Source: Candidatus Peregrinibacteria bacterium HGW-Peregrinibacteria-1 (lineage in GTDB: Bacteria > Patescibacteriota > Gracilibacteria > UBA1369 > LOWO2-01-FULL-3). Taken from it: a stretch of 64,000 nucleotides of DNA. Numbering within the stretch: the stretch's first letter is position 1; each line of letters opens with the position of its first letter. The translations under genes were made by a program, and so were the position numbers. The stretch covers positions 459,995 to 523,994 of the forward strand of contig PGYE01000001.1 in NCBI GenBank assembly GCA_002839505.1. Reading direction: 5' to 3'. A model generated the notes under the pieces. The model was given only the letters and a program-made list of their open reading frames with translations, did no database searches and was not told the origin of the DNA. This document shows positions 9,565-18,786 of this stretch, one piece after another.

Positions 9565-10022
9565 AAACAATCGAAGAAGAAAGAAGATCAAAAGTCATCA
9601 AGACCAGGAGGAAAACTAACCGCTAACAGGTGTGATCAAACGCAACAGACAAGATAGAAACAGGAGATACAAATGCCTTCAAAGAAGGAAAGAGATCAAC
9701 AGCTCTTCAAGCCGCCCCGACATCGCAATGGGAAACCCAGAGAAATAAATCGGAAAACGCCGACAGAACCTGAACGGGATAAAGTAATCCCGACCCAAAG
9801 GTCAAGAAACTCAAACCGACTTCTTCAGAGATCGACTGAACCGGAACCGAAGTTCAAGATCCAGTCCGCTCGGAAGAAGGAAATAATTTTTAAAGAACAA
9901 CTTAACAACAAACATAGTATAACACAAAAATGACAAAAAACAAAATATATTTTATAAAAACTTTAAATCATTTTTAAATAGTGCCACCTAGCTGTAAAAA
10001 GTAGCAAGTTTCACTATAAATC

Positions 10023-13000
10023 CTACAGCACCTCCAAAGCCAATACCGCAATTTTCGCCATCTCCGCCCTTGAAATAAAATCAGCAGGAGCAAACCGAGT
10101 CGGAGTCTTGCCATTCACAATCCCGAAATTAAAGGCCGGCACCACAAAAGTCGCAAACCAATCATTAACACGCACATCGTCAAAAGGTATCTGCGAAGCA
10201 ACGACCTCGACTGGCTCAAAACCGGCAGCAGTTAAAATAATCTTCAAAGCCTCCGCCCGATTAACGGCAGTATTTGGTTTGAAAGAGCCATCAGTATATC
10301 CATCAATAATGCCATGTGAATGCGCCGAATTGACAAAAGCAAAGAACCAATCATCCGACTCAACATCGGTAAACACCGCATCAGAATCTTCCAAAACCTC
10401 CAAATCAAAAGTCAGTAAAGCAATCTTAATCAACTCCGCTCTCGTCAAGAAATCATCGGGAGCATATTTATCGGGCTGTTTCCCTTCAACAACATTGAGA
10501 ACAAACAGTTTTTCAATAAAAGAACCGGCCCAATGATCGGCAATATCCTCAAACAAAATCTCCCGAGTTGAGTTGTCTTCACCCTCATTAGTTTCATTGA
10601 CTTCGGTCTCTGGATTTTCAGTGGTCTCTGGCTCTTCGGTTGTCTCCACAGGAGGTACAACAATAGAATAACCACCACCACCGCCTCCGCCACCACCACC
10701 ACCACCACCGCCTCCACTGCTCGCGGCAATGATCGTCCAAGTGGAGGAAGAAGGAGTTGCCTGGAAATTACCAGCAATATCACGCCCAAAAACCTCAATC
10801 GTATGATTAGTAATTGCAAGGTTTGACAAAGATATTGGTTCATCAACAGTGAATTCATCACTAAGCGCCCCACCATCCAGACTAAAGCGATAATGAGTTA
10901 CTTCATCCCCCGACACAGTAGCTGTCAGACTACGACTGGTCGTGGACGAAGCGGGGACACCTGAAATAATAGCGTTTGCTGGCGGAGTCAGATCAATTAT
11001 AAATGAAGCCGAAACCACCCCAGACTCATGCCCAAGAGCATCAATCGCCTGCACATGAATCCAGAAAGCACCCTCCGCCTGATCAAAATCAACCGTCAAA
11101 TACTCCCCATATTCACCCTCCAGAACCACACCTCCCTCCTCTCCATCGCCACTACTCTCGCCCTCACCTTCATCATCCTGACTAACAATCAGATGACGAT
11201 AAAAAACCGCACTCAGATCCTCAGCCTCAAAACTCCACTCTTTGGAATTTGTCGGCACCAAATCATCCACAATACTAGTTATCACCGGAGGACTATTATC
11301 CAAAACCGCCGCCACAGAAGTCGACTCGACATTTCCAAAATCATCGCTTGCCTCAACCGTAAGATGGAAAGTACCATCACCGGTTAGCTGCTCTGCCGTC
11401 ACAGTTGCATCAAAATCACCAACCGGAATAACCTCTGGATCTTGAGAAATAACAAATCTGAACAAAGCTTGCGGATCCTCGGAAGACCAATTCCAGACTT
11501 TAGTCGTAGCCGGCACCTCATCATCAACGAGCCCGAGAATATTTGGCGCAGCCAGATCAAGAGCAAAGGATTCGGAGACAATCCACTCACTATCCGCGAC
11601 ACCGTCACTCGACTTAAAGCGAATTTGCATGGTTTCCCAATCATTATCAGCAAGCCCTAAGTCAGCATGCTTTGCCAAAAAGGAAAAAGAAAAAATTGGC
11701 CCAGAAAAATCCGTCGACGAAAGATAATTATTATCCTGCCAATCAACACTCAGAGCTGTCGAAAGATCACCATTAACCGGCGGATTAAAAGACTCACCAC
11801 CGTCCGTACTAAATTCAAAAGAATGCAGGGACATAATACGATCGGCCACAGAATCCACCAACCTAAAAGAAATATCAATCTCACCCGAGCCATCAATCGG
11901 CTGGACAATCGCACTAGCTGGAATCACATTTACAACATCCAGTCCCCCGGCCGGCTCAAAAGTACCGGAAAGAGCATTGAAAAGATTCAACCGCCGGCCG
12001 CTCACCGTCTTACCCTCCAAGGCGGCACTCGGCACCCCGCTATACATCAAAATATTCTTCACCTCAATAGCCGACAACTCCGGCTTCAAAGCCCACAACA
12101 ACGCCGCCGAACCACTCACCACCGGGGCCGCCGCCGATGTCCCACTGGCGATGATATAAGCAGTATCGCTAGTGAAACTAGCGCTGATAATATTCACACC
12201 AGGCGCCCCAATATCAACCGTCGTCAAACCATAACTGGAAGTATCCGCCAACTGATCATTTGAATCGATCGAAGCCACCGCAATAATATTATCCAAATCA
12301 TAAGATGCTGGATATTGTGGCAAAACATCATTATCCCAAGCCGCATTTCCCGCCGACGCCACCAGCAAACCGTCAAAAGATTCAATCACCTCCTGCTCCG
12401 CAAATGACCATGTCGGCCCACCATAGCTGGCATTGATTATTGATGCACCATTATATTTCGCAAAATACATCGCCTTAATGGCATTCGCCGTACTACCCGT
12501 TCCCGACGCTCCAATAAACTTCAGACTCATAATTTGAGCACCCTGCGAAACTCCCGTTATCCCCACACCATTATTCCCCTCTGCCCCAATTACACCAGCC
12601 ACAAAAGTTCCATGACGATGCTCATCATTGGGGTCATCATCATTACTAAAAAAATCCCAACCATGATTAGGACATCCACCCACAATCGGCACATTATTCT
12701 CATCATTACACCCAGCACTACCATCCCACAGACTATTTGCCAAATCCTGATGAGTCGCCCGTATCCCTGAATCCACCACCGCCACAATCACCGACGAACT
12801 ATCGGTAATAACATCATAAGCCGCCACCGCATCGATATCGATACCGGCCGTCCCCGCCAAACCATTCACCGTCTGCCCCGTATTATTCAAACTCCACTGC
12901 TGTCCAAACAATGTATCATTCGGCGCAAGCATCGGATATCGCAGATAATTAGGCTCCACATATTCCACAAGCGGATTATTTTGCATTTTTTCAATCAATT

Positions 13001-13298
13001 CCTCAGTAGACTCGCCCTCATTTGATGCCACCAAAGCAAGATTAACCTCGGAAAAAGCATCCTTCCTCTCGACATCATACCCCATCTCAAAACTATCGAT
13101 CAGCGAAACCCCCCTAAGATTACTAGCCTCCAAAGGAATCGTCTTAAACTTAACCAGCACCTCACCCTCCACATATTCAATCGGCGCAACATCGTCATAA
13201 TCAACCGCCCCCGAGACATCGGGAACAGCAAAAGCCGTCGTTGCAACAGTTAAGACAACAGCCAGCATCGAAGCAAAGGATTGCCTAAAACGAATCAT
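10023..13298 (-). CDS. secreted S8 (subtilisin-family) serine peptidase with Ig-like middle domains, a poly-Gly linker and three C-terminal SLH domains
   Basis: Signal peptide present. Catalytic triad contexts: VAVVDSGI (Asp), HGTFVAGVIGA (His), GTSAAAPVVSGSAALL (Ser). The C-terminus carries SLH-like repeats (FEDIADHWAGSFIEKL.., FTDVESDDWFFAFVNSA.., FDDVRVNDWFATFVVPA..). Confidence 0.9.
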   Translation of the reverse strand: MIRFRQSFASMLAVVLTVATTAFAVPDVSGAVDYDDVAPIEYVEGEVLVKFKTIPLEASNLRGVSLIDSFEMGYDVERKDAFSEVNLALVASNEGESTEELIEKMQNNPLVEYVEPNYLRYPMLAPNDTLFGQQWSLNNTGQTVNGLAGTAGIDIDAVAAYDVITDSSSVIVAVVDSGIRATHQDLANSLWDGSAGCNDENNVPIVGGCPNHGWDFFSNDDDPNDEHRHGTFVAGVIGAEGNNGVGITGVSQGAQIMSLKFIGASGTGSTANAIKAMYFAKYNGASIINASYGGPTWSFAEQEVIESFDGLLVASAGNAAWDNDVLPQYPASYDLDNIIAVASIDSNDQLADTSSYGLTTVDIGAPGVNIISASFTSDTAYIIASGTSAAAPVVSGSAALLWALKPELSAIEVKNILMYSGVPSAALEGKTVSGRRLNLFNALSGTFEPAGGLDVVNVIPASAIVQPIDGSGEIDISFRLVDSVADRIMSLHSFEFSTDGGESFNPPVNGDLSTALSVDWQDNNYLSSTDFSGPIFSFSFLAKHADLGLADNDWETMQIRFKSSDGVADSEWIVSESFALDLAAPNILGLVDDEVPATTKVWNWSSEDPQALFRFVISQDPEVIPVGDFDATVTAEQLTGDGTFHLTVEASDDFGNVESTSVAAVLDNSPPVITSIVDDLVPTNSKEWSFEAEDLSAVFYRHLIVSQDDEGEGESSGDGEEGGVVLEGEYGEYLTVDFDQAEGAFWIHVQAIDALGHESGVVSASFIIDLTPPANAIISGVPASSTTSRSLTATVSGDEVTHYRFSLDGGALSDEFTVDEPISLSNLAITNHTIEVFGRDIAGNFQATPSSSTWTIIAASSGGGGGGGGGGGGGGGYSIVVPPVETTEEPETTENPETEVNETNEGEDNSTREILFEDIADHWAGSFIEKLFVLNVVEGKQPDKYAPDDFLTRAELIKIALLTFDLEVLEDSDAVFTDVESDDWFFAFVNSAHSHGIIDGYTDGSFKPNTAVNRAEALKIILTAAGFEPVEVVASQIPFDDVRVNDWFATFVVPAFNFGIVNGKTPTRFAPADFISRAEMAKIAVLALEVL
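10671..10715 (-). repeat. run of 15 consecutive glycine codons (GGT/GGC/GGA) inside the S8 peptidase gene
   Basis: The top strand reads acc x4, gcc, tcc, gcc, acc x6, gcc, tcc. This translates on the minus strand as G15. Confidence 0.95.
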
Positions 13299-13464
13299 AA
13301 GAAAGAGGTTTCAATATATTACTTACCCAAAATATACCTTTTAGATTAAGGAAAGTAAAAATTGACTTGGCAACTTCGTCTGGATCTAGCTCGATTTACA
13401 TATTGTAGAGTATAAGTTTTGTAAAAACCGTGTTATTTTTACACTGACTCCTAAATAATATTTT

Positions 13465-14604
13465 ATGAACACAACCCTTCTCGACCAGCTTATCTCCATC
13501 AACTCCGTCTACCCAAACGAAAAACAACATGCCGAATTTCTTGAAGAACAGCTCAAAAAAATCGGATTCACCACCAGACGACAAATCGTCAGCCAAGACC
13601 GATTCAATATCCTGGCCGAGCGTGGCAACAAAAACAGCCCCGACCAAAAAGCTCTCTGTTTTTTTGGACACATCGACACCGTACCGCCATACGGAGAATG
13701 GAACACAGATCCTTTTAAAGCCCACTATCAAGATGGAAAAATTTACGGACTTGGTGCCGTCGACATGAAAGGCGGAGTTTTCGCAATTTTGGAAGCCTGC
13801 CGTGAAACCGATCCTCAAAAATACCTCAAAGTCATCTTTTGCGTTGATGAAGAAAACATCTCGGCCGGAGCTTGGAAAGCCGTTACCGACGAAGAATTTT
13901 TTAACGATGTCAAAACCCTAATTGCCGCTGAAACCGGCAACATCCACCCCTACGACCCTCAAGAAAAATGGGTCCACCTCGGGCGCCGTGGGAGATGTAC
14001 AATCGACCTCGAAGTCCTAGGCTTAAGCGCCCACGGCGCCTTCCCCGAAAAAGGCATCAACGCCATCAATGACGCCGCCACCATCATTAACTCCCTCAAA
14101 ACCCTCCCCCTAAGTGAACACCCCATCATAGGTAAAAGCTCACTCTTCGCCAACAACATTACATCCACAGAAACATCCCTCTCCATTCCCGACTATTGCA
14201 AGTTTGAGATCAACCGTTCGCTAGTTCCACCGGAAACTCCCGAAAGCGCCCTGAAACAAGTGCAGGAAATGGTTCAAAAACTACAAACAGACCAACACCT
14301 TAAATCTCAAATCAATATCTCCCTCCAAAAACGCGACACCCCCTTCGCCCCACCATATATTACCGACAAAGAAAACCCCACCATCCAGCACATCCTGAAA
14401 ATAATAGGCGAAGAAACACCAAAAGTTTCCATCGACTACGGACTATCTGTTGCCGACGAAAATGTTTTTGCCAATGGAGCCCATCTAGCCGTTATCTCCG
14501 TCGGCCCCGAAGGCGACAACGAACACACCGCCAACGAATGGGTCAACATCGACAGCCTCAAGCGACTAGTTAACTACTTCAAACGCTTTATCGAGGAAGT
14601 CTAA
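13465..14604 (+). CDS. M20-family metallopeptidase (ArgE/DapE/ACY1-like)
   Basis: Metal-ligand contexts typical of M20: FFGHIDTVPP, GAVDMKGG and VDEENISAG. Confidence 0.85.
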   Translation: MNTTLLDQLISINSVYPNEKQHAEFLEEQLKKIGFTTRRQIVSQDRFNILAERGNKNSPDQKALCFFGHIDTVPPYGEWNTDPFKAHYQDGKIYGLGAVDMKGGVFAILEACRETDPQKYLKVIFCVDEENISAGAWKAVTDEEFFNDVKTLIAAETGNIHPYDPQEKWVHLGRRGRCTIDLEVLGLSAHGAFPEKGINAINDAATIINSLKTLPLSEHPIIGKSSLFANNITSTETSLSIPDYCKFEINRSLVPPETPESALKQVQEMVQKLQTDQHLKSQINISLQKRDTPFAPPYITDKENPTIQHILKIIGEETPKVSIDYGLSVADENVFANGAHLAVISVGPEGDNEHTANEWVNIDSLKRLVNYFKRFIEEV

Positions 14605-14630
14605 TCTAAGTCTAAACCTTGTTGAGGCCC

Positions 14631-16100
14631 TTACAATTGCACGCCCCTTCTCGTCATTGCCATGCGTACTTTTTCAATATCCGAAGGATCCTGCCCCAGA
14701 ATATCCACCTTCACCACACGCGTACCCCGTCTTGGCAACTTCGGCAAAACCCCAAACTCCTTCCTCCCATCAAACAAAATATCCGCTCCCAGACAATCCA
14801 GAATCTCCTGAAAAGTCTCCGGCACAAAAGGCAAATTGATATTCACATTCAACGAATAGGGGACATCAAGATGAGCCGCAATCAATTTCTGACTCGTACT
14901 ACCATTAAACCTTCCATTGAGATCAATTACCGTCGCCACATCATTCTCATCAACCAAAATATCAGCCCCAAACAGCATATTTGCCCCAACCTCCTTGTGC
15001 AAATACTCTGACAACTGTCTCATCGCCTGCCACACCGCCACACGCGTCTTTTCTGAGTACTCCTCCACCGGCCTTACCATATTGCCCAGATAAGCACCCT
15101 CCGGCGAAGTCAACTGCTCCGACATATTGACCTCGGTAAACTCACCATTTCGCCCCACAACTCCCTGAACATTATAATTCTTAAAATTCCCCTCCAAACC
15201 CGTCTCCACCACCAACCCGCCAACTTCCAACACCTTCATCACCTCCTCAAAACTCGGAACCGCAATACTCCCTTTCCCAACCCGCGACAACAAAACATTA
15301 TAAGCAATTTTAACCAGCGCATCTTTCGCTTGCTGCCTGATTTCCCGTGAGCCCTTATCTTTTAACTTTGCATGCCTCAACGGCACCACCAAATCTCCCC
15401 CCGACCCCGTCGGATATTTCACCCAGACATCTTTTCCCGCCGCAATATAACCCTCAATATTATCCAAAACATTATTGTACAGCCCCACCATTTCACCATT
15501 ATTCAACCGCTCATACTGCAAACCCTCCGTCACCTGATAGCCATATTTATCAGCATTAAGTCTCAAACTCGCCTTGTTATTCGCACCATATCCCGCCTTC
15601 TCGGAATTCAACAGCTCCATCCCGGTCAATTCTGCGATAATCTCCGAGTGTCTCGATGGAAAAATCGGCAAAAACCCCAGCTTACCAAATCTTTCTCGGT
15701 AATAACCAATATTCCGCCTAATAATATCCATAAAATGAAACTCCACATCTCCATCTGGAGCACTCGTACCCTTCTCCTTCTCCAAAAAGAAAAACCGCTC
15801 ATCTGCACCTCTTTGATGCACACCAACCCTCTCCAAATACTCATAACTCCCGCGCAAAGGCTCAAACATCACCGCCATCTCACCTGCATTATTCCCTGAA
15901 CCGGGAAACGCCAGCGGCGCAAAGTTCAAATATTGATCAGCCTCTGCCAACGGCACCGGATGCAAGTGCTGGCTTCCTTCCTCCCAGGATTTAACGAAAG
16001 CATGCGCTATCAGCGTACCTTGTGGATACCCCAGGGCTTCATTGATATCACCGTGATGTCTTACTGTATTGGCACCGTTATTTCTATTCATAAAAAACAA
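14631..16100 (-). CDS. hypothetical protein with a probable ATP-grasp fold (putative ligase)
   Basis: The C-terminal half has an ATP-grasp-like pattern (VWVKYPTGSGGDLVV, LVVETGLEG, FGADILVDENDVATVIDLNGRFNGST). The N-terminal ~200 aa are unrecognised. Confidence 0.4.
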   Translation of the reverse strand: MFFMNRNNGANTVRHHGDINEALGYPQGTLIAHAFVKSWEEGSQHLHPVPLAEADQYLNFAPLAFPGSGNNAGEMAVMFEPLRGSYEYLERVGVHQRGADERFFFLEKEKGTSAPDGDVEFHFMDIIRRNIGYYRERFGKLGFLPIFPSRHSEIIAELTGMELLNSEKAGYGANNKASLRLNADKYGYQVTEGLQYERLNNGEMVGLYNNVLDNIEGYIAAGKDVWVKYPTGSGGDLVVPLRHAKLKDKGSREIRQQAKDALVKIAYNVLLSRVGKGSIAVPSFEEVMKVLEVGGLVVETGLEGNFKNYNVQGVVGRNGEFTEVNMSEQLTSPEGAYLGNMVRPVEEYSEKTRVAVWQAMRQLSEYLHKEVGANMLFGADILVDENDVATVIDLNGRFNGSTSQKLIAAHLDVPYSLNVNINLPFVPETFQEILDCLGADILFDGRKEFGVLPKLPRRGTRVVKVDILGQDPSDIEKVRMAMTRRGVQL

Positions 16101-16177
16101 AATTGATAATTTTAATCGCGAGCCAGCAATATATAGGGGGTGTTAACAGATTGTCAAAATAGTTTTTAACATTAAGA

Positions 16178-16206
16178 ATGGCAAATTGCCAAAAGATCAT
16201 TATAAT
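16178..16206 (+). promoter_or_regulatory. candidate sigma-70 promoter for the ABC-F gene
   Basis: TATAAT at 16201-16206, with a weak -35 (atggca) 17 nt upstream. The ATG at 16216 follows only ~10 nt after the -10. Confidence 0.35.
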
Positions 16207-16215
16207 CACCCCACT

Positions 16216-18000
16216 ATGTCTACACTCTTACAAGTTTCACAACTCAACAAATCATACGGCCACCAGGTTATCTTTGAAGGAGCCGACCTCACCATCGCCG
16301 AACGGCAAAAGATCGCCGTTGTCGGACGCAACGGAGCCGGCAAATCCACACTTTTCCGCATAATCACCGGCGAAGAAACTCCTACCTCCGGACAAGTCAA
16401 AATCCACGCCGGCACCCGCATCGGCTATCTCACACAACACAGCCCCTTCCAAGACGACGAAAGCGTCATCGACTTCCTCACCAGAGACTCCGGCAAACCC
16501 GAATGGGAATGCGGAAAAATCGCCGACCGCTTCCAAATCAAACCCGACCTTTTCTATGTTCCCGCAGAATCACTAGCCGGAGGCTACCAAATGCGCATCA
16601 AACTCATCTCGATGTTACTTCACGAACCCAATCTCCTCCTCCTCGACGAACCCACAAACTACCTCGACCTCTCCACCCAAATTCTGCTCGAAAAATTCCT
16701 CCAAACCTACAATGGCGCCTTCATGCTGATATCCCACGACCGCGAATTCATCAAAAAAACCTGCACCAGCACCCTGGAAATCGAAAGAGGTGAAACCTCG
16801 CTCTACCCGGGATCCCTCGAAGACTACCTCGCCTACAAAGCCGAACAAACCGAACTGAAAGAAAAATTCAACAAAAACGTCGAACGCAAAAAACAACACC
16901 TCCAAAAATTCGTCGACCGCTTCGGAGCCAAAGCCAGCAAAGCCTCCCAAGCTCAATCAAAACTCAAACAAATCCACAAACTAAAAACCATCGAAATCCT
17001 CAACCCGCTCAGCACTGCCCGCATCAACATCCCCAAAATCGAAGCCAAGCAGGGGATTGCCCTCACCGTTGACCAAATGACCATCGGTTACCCCGACAAA
17101 GAAGTCGCAAAAAACATCAACCTCGAAGTCGAACGCGGCGAACACATCGCCATAGTCGGTGATAACGGACAAGGGAAAACCACCTTCCTCAAAACCATTG
17201 CTGGTGAAATCAACGCCTTAAGCGGACAATTCAAATGGGGACACAACATCTCAATCGGCTACTACGCCCAACACACCCCCGCAACACTCCTCTCCGACAA
17301 CACCGTCAAAGAACACCTCTCAAATGCTGCCGGCGACGGCGTCACCGAACAAGAAATCTTCGAAATGGCCGGCAACTTTCTCTTCAAAGATGAATTCCTC
17401 AAAAAGAAAATCTCAGTCCTCAGTGGTGGCGAAAAAGCCCGATTATGCCTAGCCGGACTCCTCCTACAACGCCACCAAGTCCTTCTTCTCGACGAACCCA
17501 CCAACCATCTCGACTTTGAAACCGTCGAATCGCTCGCCCAAGGACTTCAAAACTGCAACAGCACAGTACTATTCATCAGCCACAACCGCACCTTCGTCGA
17601 TGTCCTCGCCACCGGAATCATCGAAGTCAAAAACGGCCAAGTCGCCCGCTACCACCACAACTACGAAGAATATGTCTACCACATCACCCAAGACATCGAA
17701 GACGACCTCACCCCTCCACCAAAGACCTCAAAAAAGCCCGCAACCGACTCTCCACAACCCTCCGACCACCAAACCCGCCAACGCCTCAAAGAAATTAAAA
17801 AACAAATCCGCACTCTCGAAAACACCATCCAAAAAAACGAAACCCAAAAACTCCAAATCCTCAAATGGTTCGAAGACAACCCCGACTACAACGAAAAATT
17901 CCAAGAAAAAACCACCCAACTCGCCGAAATCGACAAAATCCTCACCGACTCCGAAGCCACCTGGATCAAACTTCAGGAAGAAATGGAGGTCATCGGGTAG
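16216..18000 (+). CDS. ABC-F family ATPase (two ABC domains, no TM domain) with a charged C-terminal coiled-coil tail
   Basis: Two Walker A motifs (GRNGAGKST, GDNGQGKTT), two signatures (LAGGYQMR, LSGGEKAR) and two Walker B motifs (LLLLDEPTN, VLLLDEPTN). I prefer the ATG at 16216 (MSTLLQVSQLNKSYG) to the TTG at 16186 because the TATAAT lies between them. Confidence 0.9.
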   Translation: MSTLLQVSQLNKSYGHQVIFEGADLTIAERQKIAVVGRNGAGKSTLFRIITGEETPTSGQVKIHAGTRIGYLTQHSPFQDDESVIDFLTRDSGKPEWECGKIADRFQIKPDLFYVPAESLAGGYQMRIKLISMLLHEPNLLLLDEPTNYLDLSTQILLEKFLQTYNGAFMLISHDREFIKKTCTSTLEIERGETSLYPGSLEDYLAYKAEQTELKEKFNKNVERKKQHLQKFVDRFGAKASKASQAQSKLKQIHKLKTIEILNPLSTARINIPKIEAKQGIALTVDQMTIGYPDKEVAKNINLEVERGEHIAIVGDNGQGKTTFLKTIAGEINALSGQFKWGHNISIGYYAQHTPATLLSDNTVKEHLSNAAGDGVTEQEIFEMAGNFLFKDEFLKKKISVLSGGEKARLCLAGLLLQRHQVLLLDEPTNHLDFETVESLAQGLQNCNSTVLFISHNRTFVDVLATGIIEVKNGQVARYHHNYEEYVYHITQDIEDDLTPPPKTSKKPATDSPQPSDHQTRQRLKEIKKQIRTLENTIQKNETQKLQILKWFEDNPDYNEKFQEKTTQLAEIDKILTDSEATWIKLQEEMEVIG

Positions 18001-18004
18001 CCTT

Positions 18005-18586
18005 TTAGCCTATTGGGAGTCCTCTCAGGCTGATCATGAGAGCCGCAACAATAGTCAATATCACCAACACCGCTATAATACTGGCAATTAGAGGTATCTT
18101 ATCTTTGAATGAGGTCTTATCTCTAACTACGCTGGCATTTTCATGAGAATAATGTCGACCGGTATACATCGTGTAAATGGTGATTCCAACGACTGCGATT
18201 ACGCACACCAGCATGATTGGGGGGAATATTTCCTCCATAATGGTATGCCTTAAGTCAGATGACATTTTGTATTGTAGATTGCTAAAATAGAACGCAAATA
18301 TTAAGAAGAGAAAAGCCAAAGATATTGATCTAATATTTTTAAATAGATTCAGTCGATTATTTGAAATTTTATTTTTGTCGTTGTTTGATAACTTTTGATT
18401 TTTCAAGTCAGGATATATGAACCAGTAGCAAACTGAGAAATATAAAATACCAACAAGAAATGTCTGTACACTTGTCTCTTCCAGTGAGCCGACACCAAAA
18501 ATTAAATGTCCCAAAACAACAAATAAGGCTGCAATAATAATGCTAATAAATCTTACGGTCTTTTGAAATTTGACAGTGTTATTCAT
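18005..18586 (-). CDS. integral membrane protein, function unknown
   Basis: 193 aa with about 5 hydrophobic helices and no recognisable motif. Confidence 0.5.
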   Translation of the reverse strand: MNNTVKFQKTVRFISIIIAALFVVLGHLIFGVGSLEETSVQTFLVGILYFSVCYWFIYPDLKNQKLSNNDKNKISNNRLNLFKNIRSISLAFLFLIFAFYFSNLQYKMSSDLRHTIMEEIFPPIMLVCVIAVVGITIYTMYTGRHYSHENASVVRDKTSFKDKIPLIASIIAVLVILTIVAALMISLRGLPIG

Positions 18587-18622
18587 AAAATGAGTTATAT
18601 TCCTGAATTCAATAATTCCGTC

Positions 18623-18697
18623 TGGAGCGAGTAACGGGAATTGAACCCGTGCCTCCGCCTTGGCAAGGCAGCGTAATAGCCACTATACTATACCCGC
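18623..18697 (-). tRNA. tRNA-Gly (anticodon GCC), CCA encoded
   Basis: The reverse complement is GCGGGTATAGTATAGTGGCTATTACGCTGCCTTGCCAAGGCGGAGGCACGGGTTCAATTCCCGTTACTCGCTCCA. It has a 7-bp acceptor stem, a GG D-loop, anticodon stem CTGCC/GGCGG with loop TTGCCAA, and T-arm ACGGG-TTCAATT-CCCGT. Confidence 0.9.
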
Positions 18698-18786
18698 TCA
18701 GTTTGAAACATCACCGAAAAGATTTTAGCACTCTTCCCTCAATCGTCAACCGATTTCAGCTTCATGCCACCCTCCACCTATCAGCA

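Noticed and set aside
9600-9790. RNase P RNA-like strings on the plus strand: gaggaaaac.., caacagacaaga.., gggaaaccc.., gacagaacc...
   Set aside because: The universally conserved GAGGAAAGUCC is not present. The putative P4 strands (aaaacuaacc versus cagaaccugaac) are not complementary. I also found no tmRNA (GGGG start, tRNA-like CCA end) or SRP (GGAA tetraloop helix) signatures.
9673-9933. 86-aa basic ORF (MPSKKERDQQLFKPPRHRNGKPRE..) preceded by an AGGAG-like motif in the large non-coding gap.
   Set aside because: The product is disordered and K/R/E/P-rich. Real genes in this window lack Shine-Dalgarno motifs, so the AGGAG is probably a by-product of the purine-rich sequence. The region is reported instead as a possible RNA or UTR.
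17516-18091. 191-aa alternative-frame ORF overlapping the 3' end of the ABC-F gene on the same strand.
   Set aside because: It is K/T/P/S-rich low complexity. The ABC-F frame carries the conserved motifs. The ORF also runs into the convergent membrane-protein gene.
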